Positions 11,485 through 23,972 of a DNA stretch of 64,000 bases are shown in pieces (within the stretch, counting starts at the first letter, position 1; each line of letters starts with the position of its first letter). Source of the DNA: Octopus sinensis (lineage: Eukaryota); the NCBI RefSeq assembly GCF_006345805.1, contig NC_043002.1, positions 96,038,001 to 96,102,000 on the forward strand, written 5' to 3'. A program made the translations under genes and the position numbers. Below the pieces are notes generated by a model that searched no databases, was not told the DNA's origin, and worked only from the letters and a program-made list of their open reading frames with translations.

Positions 11485-12382
11485 ATGTGTAAGTCATGCC
11501 AGTACAAGAAATGAAGCCAGTATGCTCCGATGGATGTGTAATGTCGGTGTTCATACTCGACAGAGTGTAAGTACCTTGAGAGAAAAGTTGGACCTAAGAA
11601 GCATCAGTTGTGGTGTACAATTGAGACGTTTGTGCTGGTGTGGTCATGTGGCGAGAATGGATGAAGATAGTTGTGTCAAAAAGTGCCACACCCTGGCGGT
11701 TGAGGGAACCTGTGGAAGAGGTAGACCCAGGAAAACCTGGGACGAGGTAGTGAAGCACGACCTTCGAACTTTAGGTCTCACCGAGGAAATGACTAGAGAC
11801 CAAGACCTTTGGAAGTATGCTGTGTGTGAGAAGACCCGGCAGGACAAGTGAGACCATAACCCGTGGCCTCTACCTGAGATGTAGCCAGTCCACTTATGCA
11901 TACCTTTCCTTCTTGGGACACAAAACTCTACTTGTGAAGACCTGTTGAGGCAAGTGAGAATCAAAATCAAAATCGATCAACATCAATGGAAATTGTAGCT
12001 GTGATACCAGGGCCGGTGGCACGTAAGAGAACCATCCGAACGTAGCTGTTGCCAATGCCGCCTCGACTGGCCTCCGTGCCAGTGGCATGTAAAAAGCACC
12101 ATCCAATCGTGGCCGTTGCCAGCCTCGCCTGGCCTCCATGCCGGTGGCTCGTAAAAGGCACCATCTGATCGTGGCCGTTTGCCAGCTTCGTCCGACACCT
12201 GTGCCGGTGGCACGTAAGAAGCACCCACTACACTCACGGAGTGGTTGGTGTTAGGAAGGGCATCCAGCCGTAGAAACACTGGCAGATCAGACTGGGCCTG
12301 GTGCAGCCTTCTGGCTTCCCAGACCCCAGTTGAACCGTCCAACCCATGCTAGCATGGAAAGCGGACGCTAAACAATGATGAT
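11485..12382 (+). mobile_element. RTE LINE 3' end with complete modular 3'UTR and (GAT)n tail
   Basis: ORF 11522-11851 MLRWMC...LCWCGHVARM...GRGRPRKTW...DLWKYAV is the typical RTE C-terminus. Confidence 0.9.
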
Positions 12383-12559
12383 TTCCGTGCAGTTCTTTCA
12401 GTAATAGCACCTTTTCTGCAATGCGTGCGTGTGTGCGATAGTAGTCTCTTATAGTCCGAGAAAGACGGTTCTAGAATTTTCTGCTGAATAACCTACACAA
12501 CTGATTTGTTTGTACTGACCCAATGTGTAGTGTGATGGAGGAAAAGAACAACAGAAAAA

Positions 12560-13030
12560 GAAGCAATGAAAGAAAGAAGTACAAAAGGCTTTACCTTGGC
12601 GAAATCAGCGGTCATTCTCACGAATTCAACACATCTTGTCGCTCTGCACTCTTTGCTGACCACATGTGCTTCCTGACCCGCACGTACTTCCTGCCCACGC
12701 ATGCTCCTTTCACTCTTCTGCCGGCGTGCTCTTCCTCTGCCCCGTGTTGCATTGATGCAGTTCACGGATGCCTCCACTCGCACCTGAATATTGCCCTGTG
12801 TGACACCGACTCCTCAGCCTGTCCTGACCTGGGCAACATATTGTACCAAAATACGACCTCGATTGGTGAAATGTGGCCCCTCTCTGCCATGGTCTTGATG
12901 GTACGATGATGCCTTTCCACATAGCCAGTATGCCGCCCTGAAGAAGCGTTTGACCTTCCATCCATCAAGCATTTCTTTCAGGACCTCCAAACGAAATGCA
13001 GTGCCATTATCCAGAAGCAGTTCATCCACA
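12560..13030 (-). mobile_element. Degraded Gypsy-type integrase fragment
   Basis: ELLLDNGTAF...FFRAAY and VERHHRTIK are integrase core D and E motifs, split by frameshifts. Confidence 0.75.
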
Positions 13031-13039
13031 TGGTTCTGG

Positions 13040-13350
13040 GTTCAGTCCTGCATGGCACCTTGGGCAAGTTTCTTCTACTGTAGCATCAGGCCAACTAAAG
13101 CCTTGTGAATGGATTTGGTAGACAGAAACTGAAAGAAGCCTGTCATGTGTGTGTGTATTTGTGTATCTGTGTTTTCCCTCAAACATCGTTTGACAACTGA
13201 TGTTGGTGTGTTTATGTCACCATAACTTAGTTCAGCAAAAGAGGCTGATAGAATAAATACTAGGCTTACAAAGAATAAGTCCTGGGATTGATTTGTTTGA
13301 CTAAAATGGCAATACTCCAGCATGGCTGCAGTCAAATGGCTGAAACAAGT
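13040..13350 (+). mobile_element. tRNA-derived SINE family B (5'-degraded)
   Basis: Matches 33696-34098, including the tail ctccagcatggctgcagtcaaatggctgaaacaagtaaaa. Confidence 0.75.
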
Positions 13351-13371
13351 AAAACAATATATGTGTGTGTG

Positions 13372-13868
13372 TAGTTCTATATTTAAGAGATGAGGAATTA
13401 TTTACATTATTTACATTTGACATATATTTGTTCTCATCTTATTTTTGTTAACACAACATTTTGGCTAATATACTCTCCAGCCTTCATCAGGTGTCTTGGG
13501 GAAATTTCAAACCTGGGTTCTCATTCTTAAGGTATTTTTCGATGTTGTTGTTGTTGTTATCATTATTATAATTATTATTATTATTCAGGTCACTGACTGG
13601 AATCGAACTCGGAATCTTGGGGTTAGTAGCCCACGCTCTTAACCACTGCACCATATGCCCACGGGCATACTAACCCCAAGATTCCGAGTTCAATTCCAAG
13701 CAGTGACCTGAATAATAATAATAATAATAATAACATGGAAAAATACCTTAGGAATGAGAACCCAGGTTCGAAATTTCCCCAAGACACCCGATGAAGGCTG
13801 GAGGGTATATCAGCTGAAACGTGTTAACAACAAACAAGATGAGGACAAATGTCCATCAAATGTAAATA
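13372..13868. mobile_element. Palindromic pair of a tRNA-headed element with Penelope-like tail and hammerhead-like cores
   Basis: Left arm (minus) and right arm (plus) meet at atgccc-ac-gggcat (13655-13668); B box gttcgattcc/gttcaattcc; (AAT)n spacer; CTGATGA...GAAAC-like cores at 13450-13495 and 13783-13825. Confidence 0.7.
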
Positions 13869-13889
13869 GTTTGTGTGTATCTCTTACCT

Positions 13890-14180
13890 TTTACTTGTTT
13901 TAGTCACTAGACTACAGCCATGCTGGGGCGCCACCTGTAGAATTTTTAGTCAAATGAATCAATACCAGTACCTTATTTTAGAGCCTGATACTTATTTTAT
14001 CAATCTCTTTTGCTGGACTGCTACATTATGGAGACGTAAACACAACACCGGCTGTCAAGTAGTGTGGGAAACAAAGGCATATACATGTATATATATATTT
14101 ACATGACAGGCTTCTTTTCAGTTTCCATCTACCGAATCCACTCACAAGGCTTTAGTTGCCTGAGGCTAAGATAGAAGACT
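13890..14180 (-). mobile_element. SINE family B fragment
   Basis: Reverse-complement similarity to 33696-34098. Confidence 0.6.
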
Positions 14181-15219
14181 TGTTTTTCGGATGTTCTGAT
14201 CACATTTTGGCTTGACCTCCTGGTGACATCATTTGTTTAGCGACTGTTTTGATCTCTTGTTTTTGACTAGTAGAGGTCCAATGCTCTGATTATTTGATTT
14301 TCAGTATACACCATTTTTTTTTTTCGTCAAAGGTCTTGGTAACTTGTTTTTGTCTGATGGTCATCTAATGTTCTGGTTGGCTGATTCTCTTAAGAAACCA
14401 CTGGTTTCAGACAGCTCAATGTTTATTTGGGATTCCCTTGTAGTCTGTTATATTCATTACCTTATCTATACCTATCTGCGCCTACATGTGTGCACATGCA
14501 TGCATGTATAAGTATATAATGTAACTTGCTTGAAGCATGGCAATATGTATAAATGAAATGTTTTTAAATGCTTTGAGCACTGCAGGTGTAGAGTTAATCA
14601 AAACATATAAAATGATGTCAATGTATGAAAACAGATGATGATATAGTGTTATCTTATATAGATTGTTTTAATCCTATAATATTTCAGGAAAACTCCACCC
14701 TTTTTGAGTTTTTTAACATATTACATCCACTGCAACCTCTGGCTTTTCAGTGATATACATCCCTTATGTATGTCATATAGATAAATATGTTTACTGTTTT
14801 TCTGACATAGTAATAGGCTATCTCATTTAATTTCTCTATTGCCCGTGACATTCCATCATCTCATGGTCTGTAAAGTAAATACTTTTAAGTGACTACGCAC
14901 ATACCTCCAAAATATGTGACCTTGTACCTAGTTGATAGCAGAAAAGGTAGAGTGCTTCAGATATTTAATGAAATACTATCCCTGTCTATTCTATGTCATG
15001 TGTTCGTTAAAGCCTTAAAAGTCAAAAATTGACAGGAGTAGCTTTAAGCATGCATCAGACAATGATGAAATAGAGTAGTATAATGTAGTTTTGATCCAGC
15101 TCTCTGCTGTCTTGGTTGTCCATTTCTCTACTGCTATCGTCATTATTTACTTTTTCCTTGTAAATGAATAATTAATGAATGTTTTGTTTGCTTATTGTTT
15201 TTTAAGTTTTTTTATTGCC

Positions 15220-15436
15220 CACAAGGGGCTAAACATAGAGGGGACAAACAAAGACAGACAAACGGATTAAGTCGATTATATCGACCCCAGTGCGTAACTG
15301 GTACTTATTTAATCAACCCCGAAAGGATGAAAGGCAAAGTTGACCTCGGCGGAACTTGAACTCCGAATGTAACAGCAGACTAAATACCGCTAAGCGTTTC
15401 GCCTGGCGTACTAATGTTTCTGCCAGCTTGCCGCTT
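15220..15436 (-). mobile_element. SINE family A copy
   Basis: Full-length match to 4080-4295. Confidence 0.85.
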
Positions 15437-15786
15437 ATTGTATTAAACTCAAAGCCACCTATAGTTTGGCAGAAACTAGAGGTAGCAAAGATGTGTCCTA
15501 AGCATTAGATTGCCATGAAATATGTTACCATATCTGAATTAGTGCTTTAAGTTTCAGTTTGCAACTTTACATTTGGTTTTTCTTGAGAGGAGATAATGCA
15601 AGTTTTTTTCTTTTATGTTGAGAAAAATTAAACAAAGTTACAGTTATGCTTTCCATATTAGACTATAATAAAAAAAAATGTGATTAGCAGTAATTGATAT
15701 AATCAGATAAAACAGAATCTAGGAAAACTGGTGGTAGTCTGTATTGGCAAGACTTGTATTACTTGGGAAAAGCAACAGAAAGAGTA

Positions 15787-16276
15787 CCGTAAATCCTCAA
15801 GTATATACGCTGAGGATTTTTAGAGGGCTGTACTTCTGAAAAACCTAAACCTTGTGTATAATATGCACCCCTTCTCTACTTGAGTTGTGCGTAATTAAGC
15901 CAGCAGCACCTAGTCAAACAAACACTTCCGCGCATCTGTCATACAATTATGGTGATGTTCTTAACTGTTATATGGGAATGTAAATATGTTTGCAAATTGT
16001 TTTTGTTACATGTTATTCTATGTTCTGAATACTTTTATTTTAATAAATGTTGCTTACTACAAGTTGTGGATGATTCTTTTATGACTTCATTGCTTTCAGG
16101 CTTAGCTCGAGGTATTTTTACACCTGACATCACAAAATGCATCTGAATAAACATTGCCAGACTGCAAATAGAGACTCAGACATTGCTTAGAAAATATTTT
16201 TCATTTTTAACCTCGTATATAGGGATTTCGACCATTAAATTTTGGGGAAAAAATGCGGATTATACTCGATTTACAG
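15787..16276. mobile_element. Tc1/mariner-pogo-type MITE with TA TSD
   Basis: TA|ccgtaaatcctcaagtata at 15785 and tatactcgatttacag|TA ending 16278 are imperfect TIRs. Confidence 0.65.
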
Positions 16277-17459
16277 TACAGTGAAATTTCTGTTGTTTTT
16301 GGACAGTCTTTCTCCTAGGTTTAAAATGATAGGAAGCAGGGAAAAGGGAAGGCAACAGAGTTTTTGCAGCTTCTATGTTTGAGCAACTGACTGCAATTGA
16401 TGGTGGGAGGTACAAAACAATGTGAGTTTGCATATGTAGACAGGAAGTAATAGGAGACAGACACTGAGAGAGGAGATGGTAAAAGAAATGAAAAGAGGAA
16501 GAGAAGTAGATGAAAGTGAGGTTTAGGAAAAAATTAAGGCAGGAAAGGAGCTGAAAGATAAAAATGGGATTGGAAAAATATTCATTTAAATTTGTCAGTA
16601 CTTGTCCCAAGTTTGAATATGGAACATTGTTCCCTCTGTTTCTTGAGTCCATGATGTGCAGAGATGCCAGACACTGCTAAATGTGTAATGGAATGTCTTG
16701 TGGTGTTAAGGTGGATGGTGACCTAACTGGAGTTGCCAACTTAAGAATAGGTAAACTTTGCTTGTATCTACTATGACCCAAAGTAGAAAGTTCTTTATTT
16801 TCAATACATACCCTTAGGTCAAAAACCAGTCGATTCTATACAATGGGATCTTATGTTTAAAGAGTTTTGTTGGAAATTTGTCACTGAGATTAAGAATTGG
16901 TCATCCCTTCACTACCACCTCATCCTACATAAGACAAATAACTTTTCTTCTCTGTACTTTGCTACCTCATGCCATTGTTTCTCATCCACATATATATATT
17001 TGTTTTGTTCAACCCTAGATCAGCTCTGATTGAGCAGACCTATGACCAAATAAATGTGTTACAGCCATCTTGTCCTTTTTTTCAGGCTAGTATATCTACA
17101 ATTACATCATTATGTAATATATATTTCTCTTAAGATAGCAGGGTGTGATATGAGGGATGTTTGGTTGTTATTTTTAGCTGATTACGTAGAGGTTCCCTTG
17201 TTGGTTTGATAACCATATATTGAATACAGTGGTAGACATCTCATACTTACCATTCTTATTGGGGTGTGAATGACAGATTTGGTTTTTGTAGCTACTGAAG
17301 GGAAAGAAAACACAGAAACACATGTCCTACAATCTAATGATATCATTCACATGCCAAAGATGTGTTTTCACGCATGTGCAGGATGAGAATTTTCTCTTGT
17401 GACTAGTTCTTCAGTAAAAGGTTTTCTCATGTCCAAATACATTTGAACATGTAAAGTAT

Positions 17460-17872
17460 GATTTTACACAAAGATAGTTATATAGGCACAGTTGTAGCTA
17501 TATGGTAAGAAGTTTGTTTTTTCACCACATGGCTCTAGGTTCAGTCCCACTACATGACACCTTTGGCAAATGTCTTCTACTATACCCTTAAGGCGACCAA
17601 GGCCTTGTAAGTGGATTTGGTACATGAAAACTGTAAGAAGCCCATCATATTTATTTCATTTATATGTATATATTTGTGTGTGTTTTTGTGTCATCTCACT
17701 ACTGCTTGATTTGTTGGTTTGTTTATGTCCCTCTAACTAGCAGTTCAGCAAAAGAGACTGATAGAGTAAGTTAAGCTGAAAAATAAATACTGGGGTTGAT
17801 TTGTTCACCTAAACCCTTCAAGGCAGTGCCCCAATGTGGATGCAGTCAAATGACTGAAACAAGTAAAAGATA
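17460..17872 (+). mobile_element. SINE family B copy (diverged)
   Basis: Head, central GT microsatellite and tail cagtcaaatgactgaaacaagtaaaaga. Confidence 0.7.
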
Positions 17873-18019
17873 AAAGTTACATTACACTATAATGACATGA
17901 TTATTAAGGAAATCAAAATATCAACATACTGGGTTATAAAGAGGGTTTGCTATCAATGAACTAGCTGTTTTCTGTTGACACTCAGAAAAATTGACAAAAG
18001 AAGGCTTTATAGGTTTTAA

Positions 18020-19076
18020 CCCTTTAACATTCAGATTTATTCAGTCAAATCTAAATACTTATTCAATCAAATTTTTTAATTACCGTGTATGAGACCGTAA
18101 ATGAGATCAGGGTTTTTAATCACTCATCTTTGTCTGCTTGTCTGTGTGTTTGCAAAATTACTGAACAGATTTTCACCAAATTTGACAGAATTTGGGTGAG
18201 TGACTCAAAATTATAAACATTTGATTTGATTATCTTTAAAAAAAAATTTTTTTTAAATTGAACTTACAAATTTCCTGATAAGCAACTGGTAATTATATTT
18301 TGTTCACTTACTTTTTCATATGAATTGACCCTCATCTGCGTGTGTATAGATCATGGTGTACCTATATGCATAGACACATGTGGTACATGCATAAATACAT
18401 ACTTAGATATACAACTGTGTGTGTGTGTACAGTGATGGATTCGAGGGTTTCATTTATTTATGAGTTGATTTCTTAATTTCACCAGAGTATAAATACCTAC
18501 AATGGTGATACTTAAAAAAAAAGAAAAATTTTTTAAAATCAAACTTACAAATTTCCCAATAAGCAAGTGGTCATATTATTTTGTTCACTTTTTTTTCATA
18601 TGAATTGACTCTCATCTGCATGTGTATAGATCATGGTGTACTTATGCATGTAGACATATGTGGGTACATACATAAATGCATACATAGATAGGTGACTGTG
18701 TGTGTACAGTGATGGACTCAAGAGTTTCGTTTATTTACGAGTTGATTTTAATTTCACCAGAGTATAAATACATATAATGGTGATACTTAAAAAAAAATAA
18801 TTAATTCAGTTCAATTAAAAAGCATGGGTAAGCAACACATTGTAAGCCACACTATAATTTGCAAAAAAAATTATCTGCATGCAGGGTATGCATCACCCCT
18901 CCGATATCTTTTTTTTTTTTATTAATCTTGCATTATCTCATAGCTTTGAGATATTGATGATATGTTTGTTTATTTTTAGAATGACATTGTAGGGTGGGTG
19001 TGAGAGGCTGTATCTGACCAGTTTGAACATATAACAGAATATTTGGGCCTGATATGGCTAGTTTAAATGCTAAGGG
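18020..19076. mobile_element. piggyBac-like MITE (TTAA|CCC...GGG|TTAt) interrupted by another element containing a ~280-bp tandem duplication
   Basis: Ends ttaa|ccctttaacatt and aatgctaaggg|ttat; an uninterrupted relative lies at 21004-21215; tandem units at ~18236-18512 and ~18513-18796. Confidence 0.6.
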
Positions 19077-19639
19077 TTATAAGATATTATTGTTAGGTAT
19101 GTGACACAAGAATATCCAAAAATATGGTGAAATAAGTGTTTACCAGAAGAGTAACACAATGAATGTGTATGTTTTCCTCTGTATATCCATCATTTTGAGT
19201 TATCTGTCTTATTGCTCTCCTCTTTCTGTAAGTATATTTAATGAGTTAATTAGTCTTTTTTTTTCAACTGTAAATAATATATTAATCATAATAATATATG
19301 TGAATATGCCAAATTATTGTGATTAAGGATGAGTGTACTTTAATAAATTCCACACTCAGATATTATCCAATTTCTACTCTATAGAATAGTATCTGGTAAA
19401 ATAGTTATGGCAGGGTTTAAGTCTTGTTTCTTGATTAAAAATTCACCACTTCAGCAATGTGAAGAGCCAAGAGAAATGTCACCAGGTTTTCTCTCCGATT
19501 TTAATAATTCTACCTATCCATTAAAGTAAGTAAAGTAATGTAAAATATATAATAATTATGAATTTTTTAAAATCCTTACTTTTAGATGTTTCTATAGAAA
19601 AGAAACAAAATAATTACATATAATTTGAATATAATAATA

Positions 19640-20125
19640 GACACAGGCATGGCTGCATGGCATTTTGAGCAAGTGTCTACTACTATAGCCCCAGCCTTAT
19701 GAGTGAATTTGGTAGATGGAAACTGAAAGAAGCCTGTCATATATACATTCTTTTCTTTTCCTTGTTTCAGTCATTAGCCTGCAGCCATACTGGAGCGCCA
19801 CCTTGAGGAATTTTAGTCAAACTAACTGACCCCAGTACTTTTCTTTTTAAGCCTGGTATTTGTTTAAATGGTCTCTTTTGTCAAACTGCTAAGTTATGGG
19901 AATGTAAACACATTAAGTGGTGGTGGGACACACACAGACACATATACAATGGGCTTTTTATAGCTTCTTTCTGCCAAATCCACTCACAAGGCTTTGGTCA
20001 ACCCAAAGCTATAGTAGAAAATACTTGTCTAAGGTGTCACACTGTGGGAGTGAAGCTTGTGGTTGGGAGGCAAGCTTCTTACCACACAGTCTCACCTGCA
20101 CCTATATACATTTACACAAGTGTGT
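19640..20125. mobile_element. Cluster of SINE family B fragments (plus partial, minus near-full)
   Basis: Similarity to 33696-34098 on both strands. Confidence 0.6.
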
Positions 20126-21003
20126 GGGTGTGTATAGATAGAAAATTTGGCCCTTAATCTGTTGCCCACTTTAATTCTGCCACATAGTACCTTGGAAGCT
20201 TTTAACAGAACCCACTCTGTATCAAGCATTCAAACCTAGTCTCTGGTTTGAAGATACTTTCCTTTCTCCTTCTGTCCTGACTAAAAAGATTAAAGAGTAA
20301 GTCTCCACATCTTTACACGAACTGCTCGAAATAACAGCTTAACCTTTCAAATTACATGCTACTGTTTTATAAGAAGAACACATTGATTAACTAGATACAC
20401 TATGCCAAAAAAGATAGGATGATCACACTTGGAATGTCTTTTGCTTACAGGTCTGTTCAATTAGGGCCAACCTTGAGCTTAATCACTGCCACTGTATTTC
20501 TTTACCATTGCTGTAATCCTGCAATTATGCTAAGATTGCATGTTAATTAAAAGTGGTGAGAAAAATTATCTAGAGGTTACCTAATTGTGTTGGTGCAAGT
20601 AGATTGTGTGCATTTAGATGACACAGTTGCTCACAGATTAAGTTTTTAAACAATTTGCATTGTTTAAAGATTCTAGTTGTTCTATGAGCAATCTATGAAG
20701 CACACGCACATAATCACACATCCTGTCTGCTCAGAAGGAAATCAGCAATTATGTCAATGCGAATTTGTATTCAAAAGAAAATTGATTTTAAAATAACTCT
20801 AGAAATGGGATTATGTGGGGTGTGTTTTCTGACTGAATGTTGAATTTAAATTATGAATCCAGGCCATTTTGAATCACAAGATTTCATTTTTGTGTTGCTG
20901 TTGTTGTTGTTGTTGTTGTTGTTGCTGCTGCTTAGCCTCTGGTCAGCTCTGATTGAGCAAATATATGATCAAAGTCATTCCATATTGTTCTGTTCTATCA
21001 GAA

Positions 21004-21215
21004 CCCTGTAGCATCCAGATTACTCTGTCAAAAACAGTGCTTATTTATTCACATTGTTTCTAGTTAATTATGTATTATCTCGTACTTTCAAAATTTAGAT
21101 GTGATTGTTTACTTTTAGAATGAAATTGTAGGGTAGGTGTGAGAGGCTGAATCTGGCTAGTTTAGACAAAAACAGAATACTTGGGCCGGATATAGTGGGT
21201 TTTAATGCTAAAGGG
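21004..21215. mobile_element. piggyBac-like MITE
   Basis: ccctgtagcat...aatgctaaaggg|ttaa; internal sequence matches 18920-19076. Confidence 0.6.
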
Positions 21216-21448
21216 TTAAAACAATTGTGTATTACTTGAGTGAGATTTAGCTGCTACATTAGCATATTGGGTGACCTCATAGAAGCTTCTATTCATTTTC
21301 ATATAAAACAAATAGGTTAAAATGTTTTTAATAACAAACTAGAGAGAATTAAATTTTAACTCAAAACTTTTCATGTGTTGGAGTTATCTTAAATTGCAAT
21401 AAAAATATTTACACTATTCTTTAATTTATTCTTCCATATTTGTTGTAG

Positions 21449-21530
21449 CTGATCCTGTGATAAAGCGAAACATGAAGCAACTTCCAAGTGATGCTATTTT
21501 TATTCACTGTAATGTTGGTGATCGTACATT
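21449..21530 (+). CDS. TXNDC17: TXNDC17 coding exon 2
   Basis: tgttgtag acceptor, (A)DPVIKRNMKQLPSDAIFIHCNVGDRT(F), donor GTAAGT at 21531; 82 nt, frame-compatible. Confidence 0.93.
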
Positions 21531-21875
21531 GTAAGTTAATCTATATACTCTTATTCAATTATGTTTTAATAATTTTTATCAGAGAGATATTTATGTTGGT
21601 TTCTAATTATTAATATTACAAGGATTTATTTTTGGATATTTTTTCTCTCTTTTTGCTAGTTCTGTATACTAATTTATTTAAGTTCATTTAATGACTAAAA
21701 TCTGTTATAATTTCATTTGTGTTTAATACGCATTTATTATCATCATCATGAAGTTCAGCTTGCTCAAATTTGCATGAGCCTGATTCCTATCTACCATTCC
21801 ATATGATAATTCTTCTCTGTACCTCCAGTATTATCTATTAACTGATCTGAGTATTAATATTAGAGAAACATCATA

Positions 21876-22107
21876 GGCGGTGAGCTGGCAGAAACGTTAG
21901 CACGCCGGGCAAAATGCGTAGCTGTATTTCGTTTGCCGTTACGTTCTGAGTTCAAATTCTGCCACGGTCGACCTTGCCTTTCATCCCTTCGGGGTCGATA
22001 AATAAAGTACCAGTTTTGCACTGGGGTCGATGTAATTGACTTAATCCCTTTGTCTGTTCTTGTTTGTCCCCTCTATGTTTAGCCCCTTGTGGGCAAGAAA
22101 GAAATAT
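21876..22107 (+). mobile_element. SINE family A copy
   Basis: Full-length match to 9498-9687. Confidence 0.85.
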
Positions 22108-22962
22108 ATTAACTGATCTATGTATATCAACCAATGGAATACAACTCTGCTAAGGTGTCCAAAATAGGGTGTCACTAACCAGCCCCTCCTTATTTCTCTA
22201 GTAATGTTCAGTCAAGTGTACCTTCTCTCTCTAATGGTATCAGACTTTAGGAAGCTTGTTGCATAATCATTCTTTGGTGGAGTGTTCTTTTCAGGACATA
22301 TTCAAAATGGCAAGAAGCATATACACATAGGTGCCATCCAGTATAAAAATATGAATTGATCAAATATAGACAATGACAAACTATCCCACAGGACTTCCTG
22401 AATGGCATACCTCACAAAAAAATTACCTTGAATTTTTTTTTAGTAGTGCAGCCTGTCTGATGATAAACCATGTGACATGTGGCTTGGTTCTTGAAAAAAG
22501 GTTGCCTTTGACTGATCTAGTATGTGACAGGTATTTTATCAAATCTAGAAGGATGAAAGGCAGAGTTGTCTTCAGAAGGATTTGAACTTAGAATATAACA
22601 TCCCATAGCTAAATATCACAAAGCATTATATTCAATGCTTTAATTGTACTGCCAATTGATCACTTAAAAATGCTGAACTTTTTGGTTTACATCTTGTTTT
22701 TGAGATAATGTACTTGACTCCGTTTACTCAAGTAACAGAATACAAAAAAAAGGATAAACAGATAGCAAAGTAGTAGCATCAAACAGCCATATTGATGTGG
22801 TGATAAATATTACTTCTTTGTATAGTCACTACTTTCATCTCTTATTGAGGTTCTTCTAACTAGCTATTTTGCTTTCGTGTAAAATCAGTGATCGATGGTC
22901 GCTTATTTTTCTGTATGTGGCGAGCTGAAGTGAACCCCGTCAATTTGTAGTGGTTGGGTGTT

Positions 22963-23009
22963 CACGACTGAAGATGGGCACAAATAACCTGAAACTGTTC
23001 AGTCTCATG
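22963..23009 (+). ncRNA. Degenerate type I hammerhead-ribozyme-like fold (Penelope-type), TXNDC17 intron 2
   Basis: cacga CTGAAGA t gggc acaaata acct GAAAC tg tt ca GTC tcatg: core CUGANGA/GAAA, GUC triplet, stems I-III with two mismatches. Confidence 0.4.
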
Positions 23010-23937
23010 ATCCCGTCATCTACTAGAAGATGATAGAGTTTCACTGCCCTACTTGCAATCAATGCAAGTTACATATAATTTGAATATAGTATTAGACACA
23101 ATCATGGCTGCATGGCATCTTGAGCAGGTTTCTTCTACTATAGCCCCAGGCTAACCAAAGCCTTGTGAGTGAATTTGGTAGATGGAAACCTGTCATATGT
23201 ACATTCTTTTATCCAGTAACCAGCTGGCAGAGGATCTGCTTGGGGGTAAAGCAGTAGTAACATCAAACAGCCATATTGATGTGGCAATAAACAGATAGTT
23301 TATCCATTTTCTTTGCTAACATAAGTATTTGGACATTTGCACATCATTAAAGCAAGTATTTTTACAGCTGGAGATATTACCCTTTTAACTCTTCAATGGG
23401 AAGAGAACTGTGAAATAGAAGCAGAGCTGCTTCTGCTGGACATGTTGAAGCAAGTATTTGACTGATGTACAACACTATGGAATGTTTTATGCTTCCCACT
23501 TATAACCATAGTGTTATGCCTCTATCAAAAAATTATTTTACCTACTTCAATCTGTCTGGTTGAAATAGATCCCTTCCCTTTTCACAGTTTACAGATAATA
23601 TCCAGCTGTTAAAAAAGATTTCTTCAATGACATCTGTAAACAGAAATTTGTAGAGCCATCAAAACCACGAAAAGCATTCAAAAAATTAGTTTAAAATAGT
23701 GAGTAACATTTGTGTAGTTAAGAAGTACACTTTGCATCAGTATGGTTTCTAATTCAGTTCCACTGAATATCATCTTGGGTGTTTTCTGCTATAGCCCCAA
23801 GAGAACCAATGCCTTTTGTGGCTAGAAACTGTAATATGCCTGTTTTATGTGTATGTGTACAAATGTGTATGACTTGATATTTTGCAGTGGTCATGTTGAC
23901 ATTACAACCAGTTGCTTTGCACTTTTGAAGACCTGTG

Positions 23938-23972
<35 letters not shown>

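Noticed and set aside
13580-13660. Functional tRNA genes (also at 26315, 33696, 49335)
   Set aside because: The heads keep A/B boxes but lack a proper acceptor stem and run into repeat bodies; they are SINE heads.
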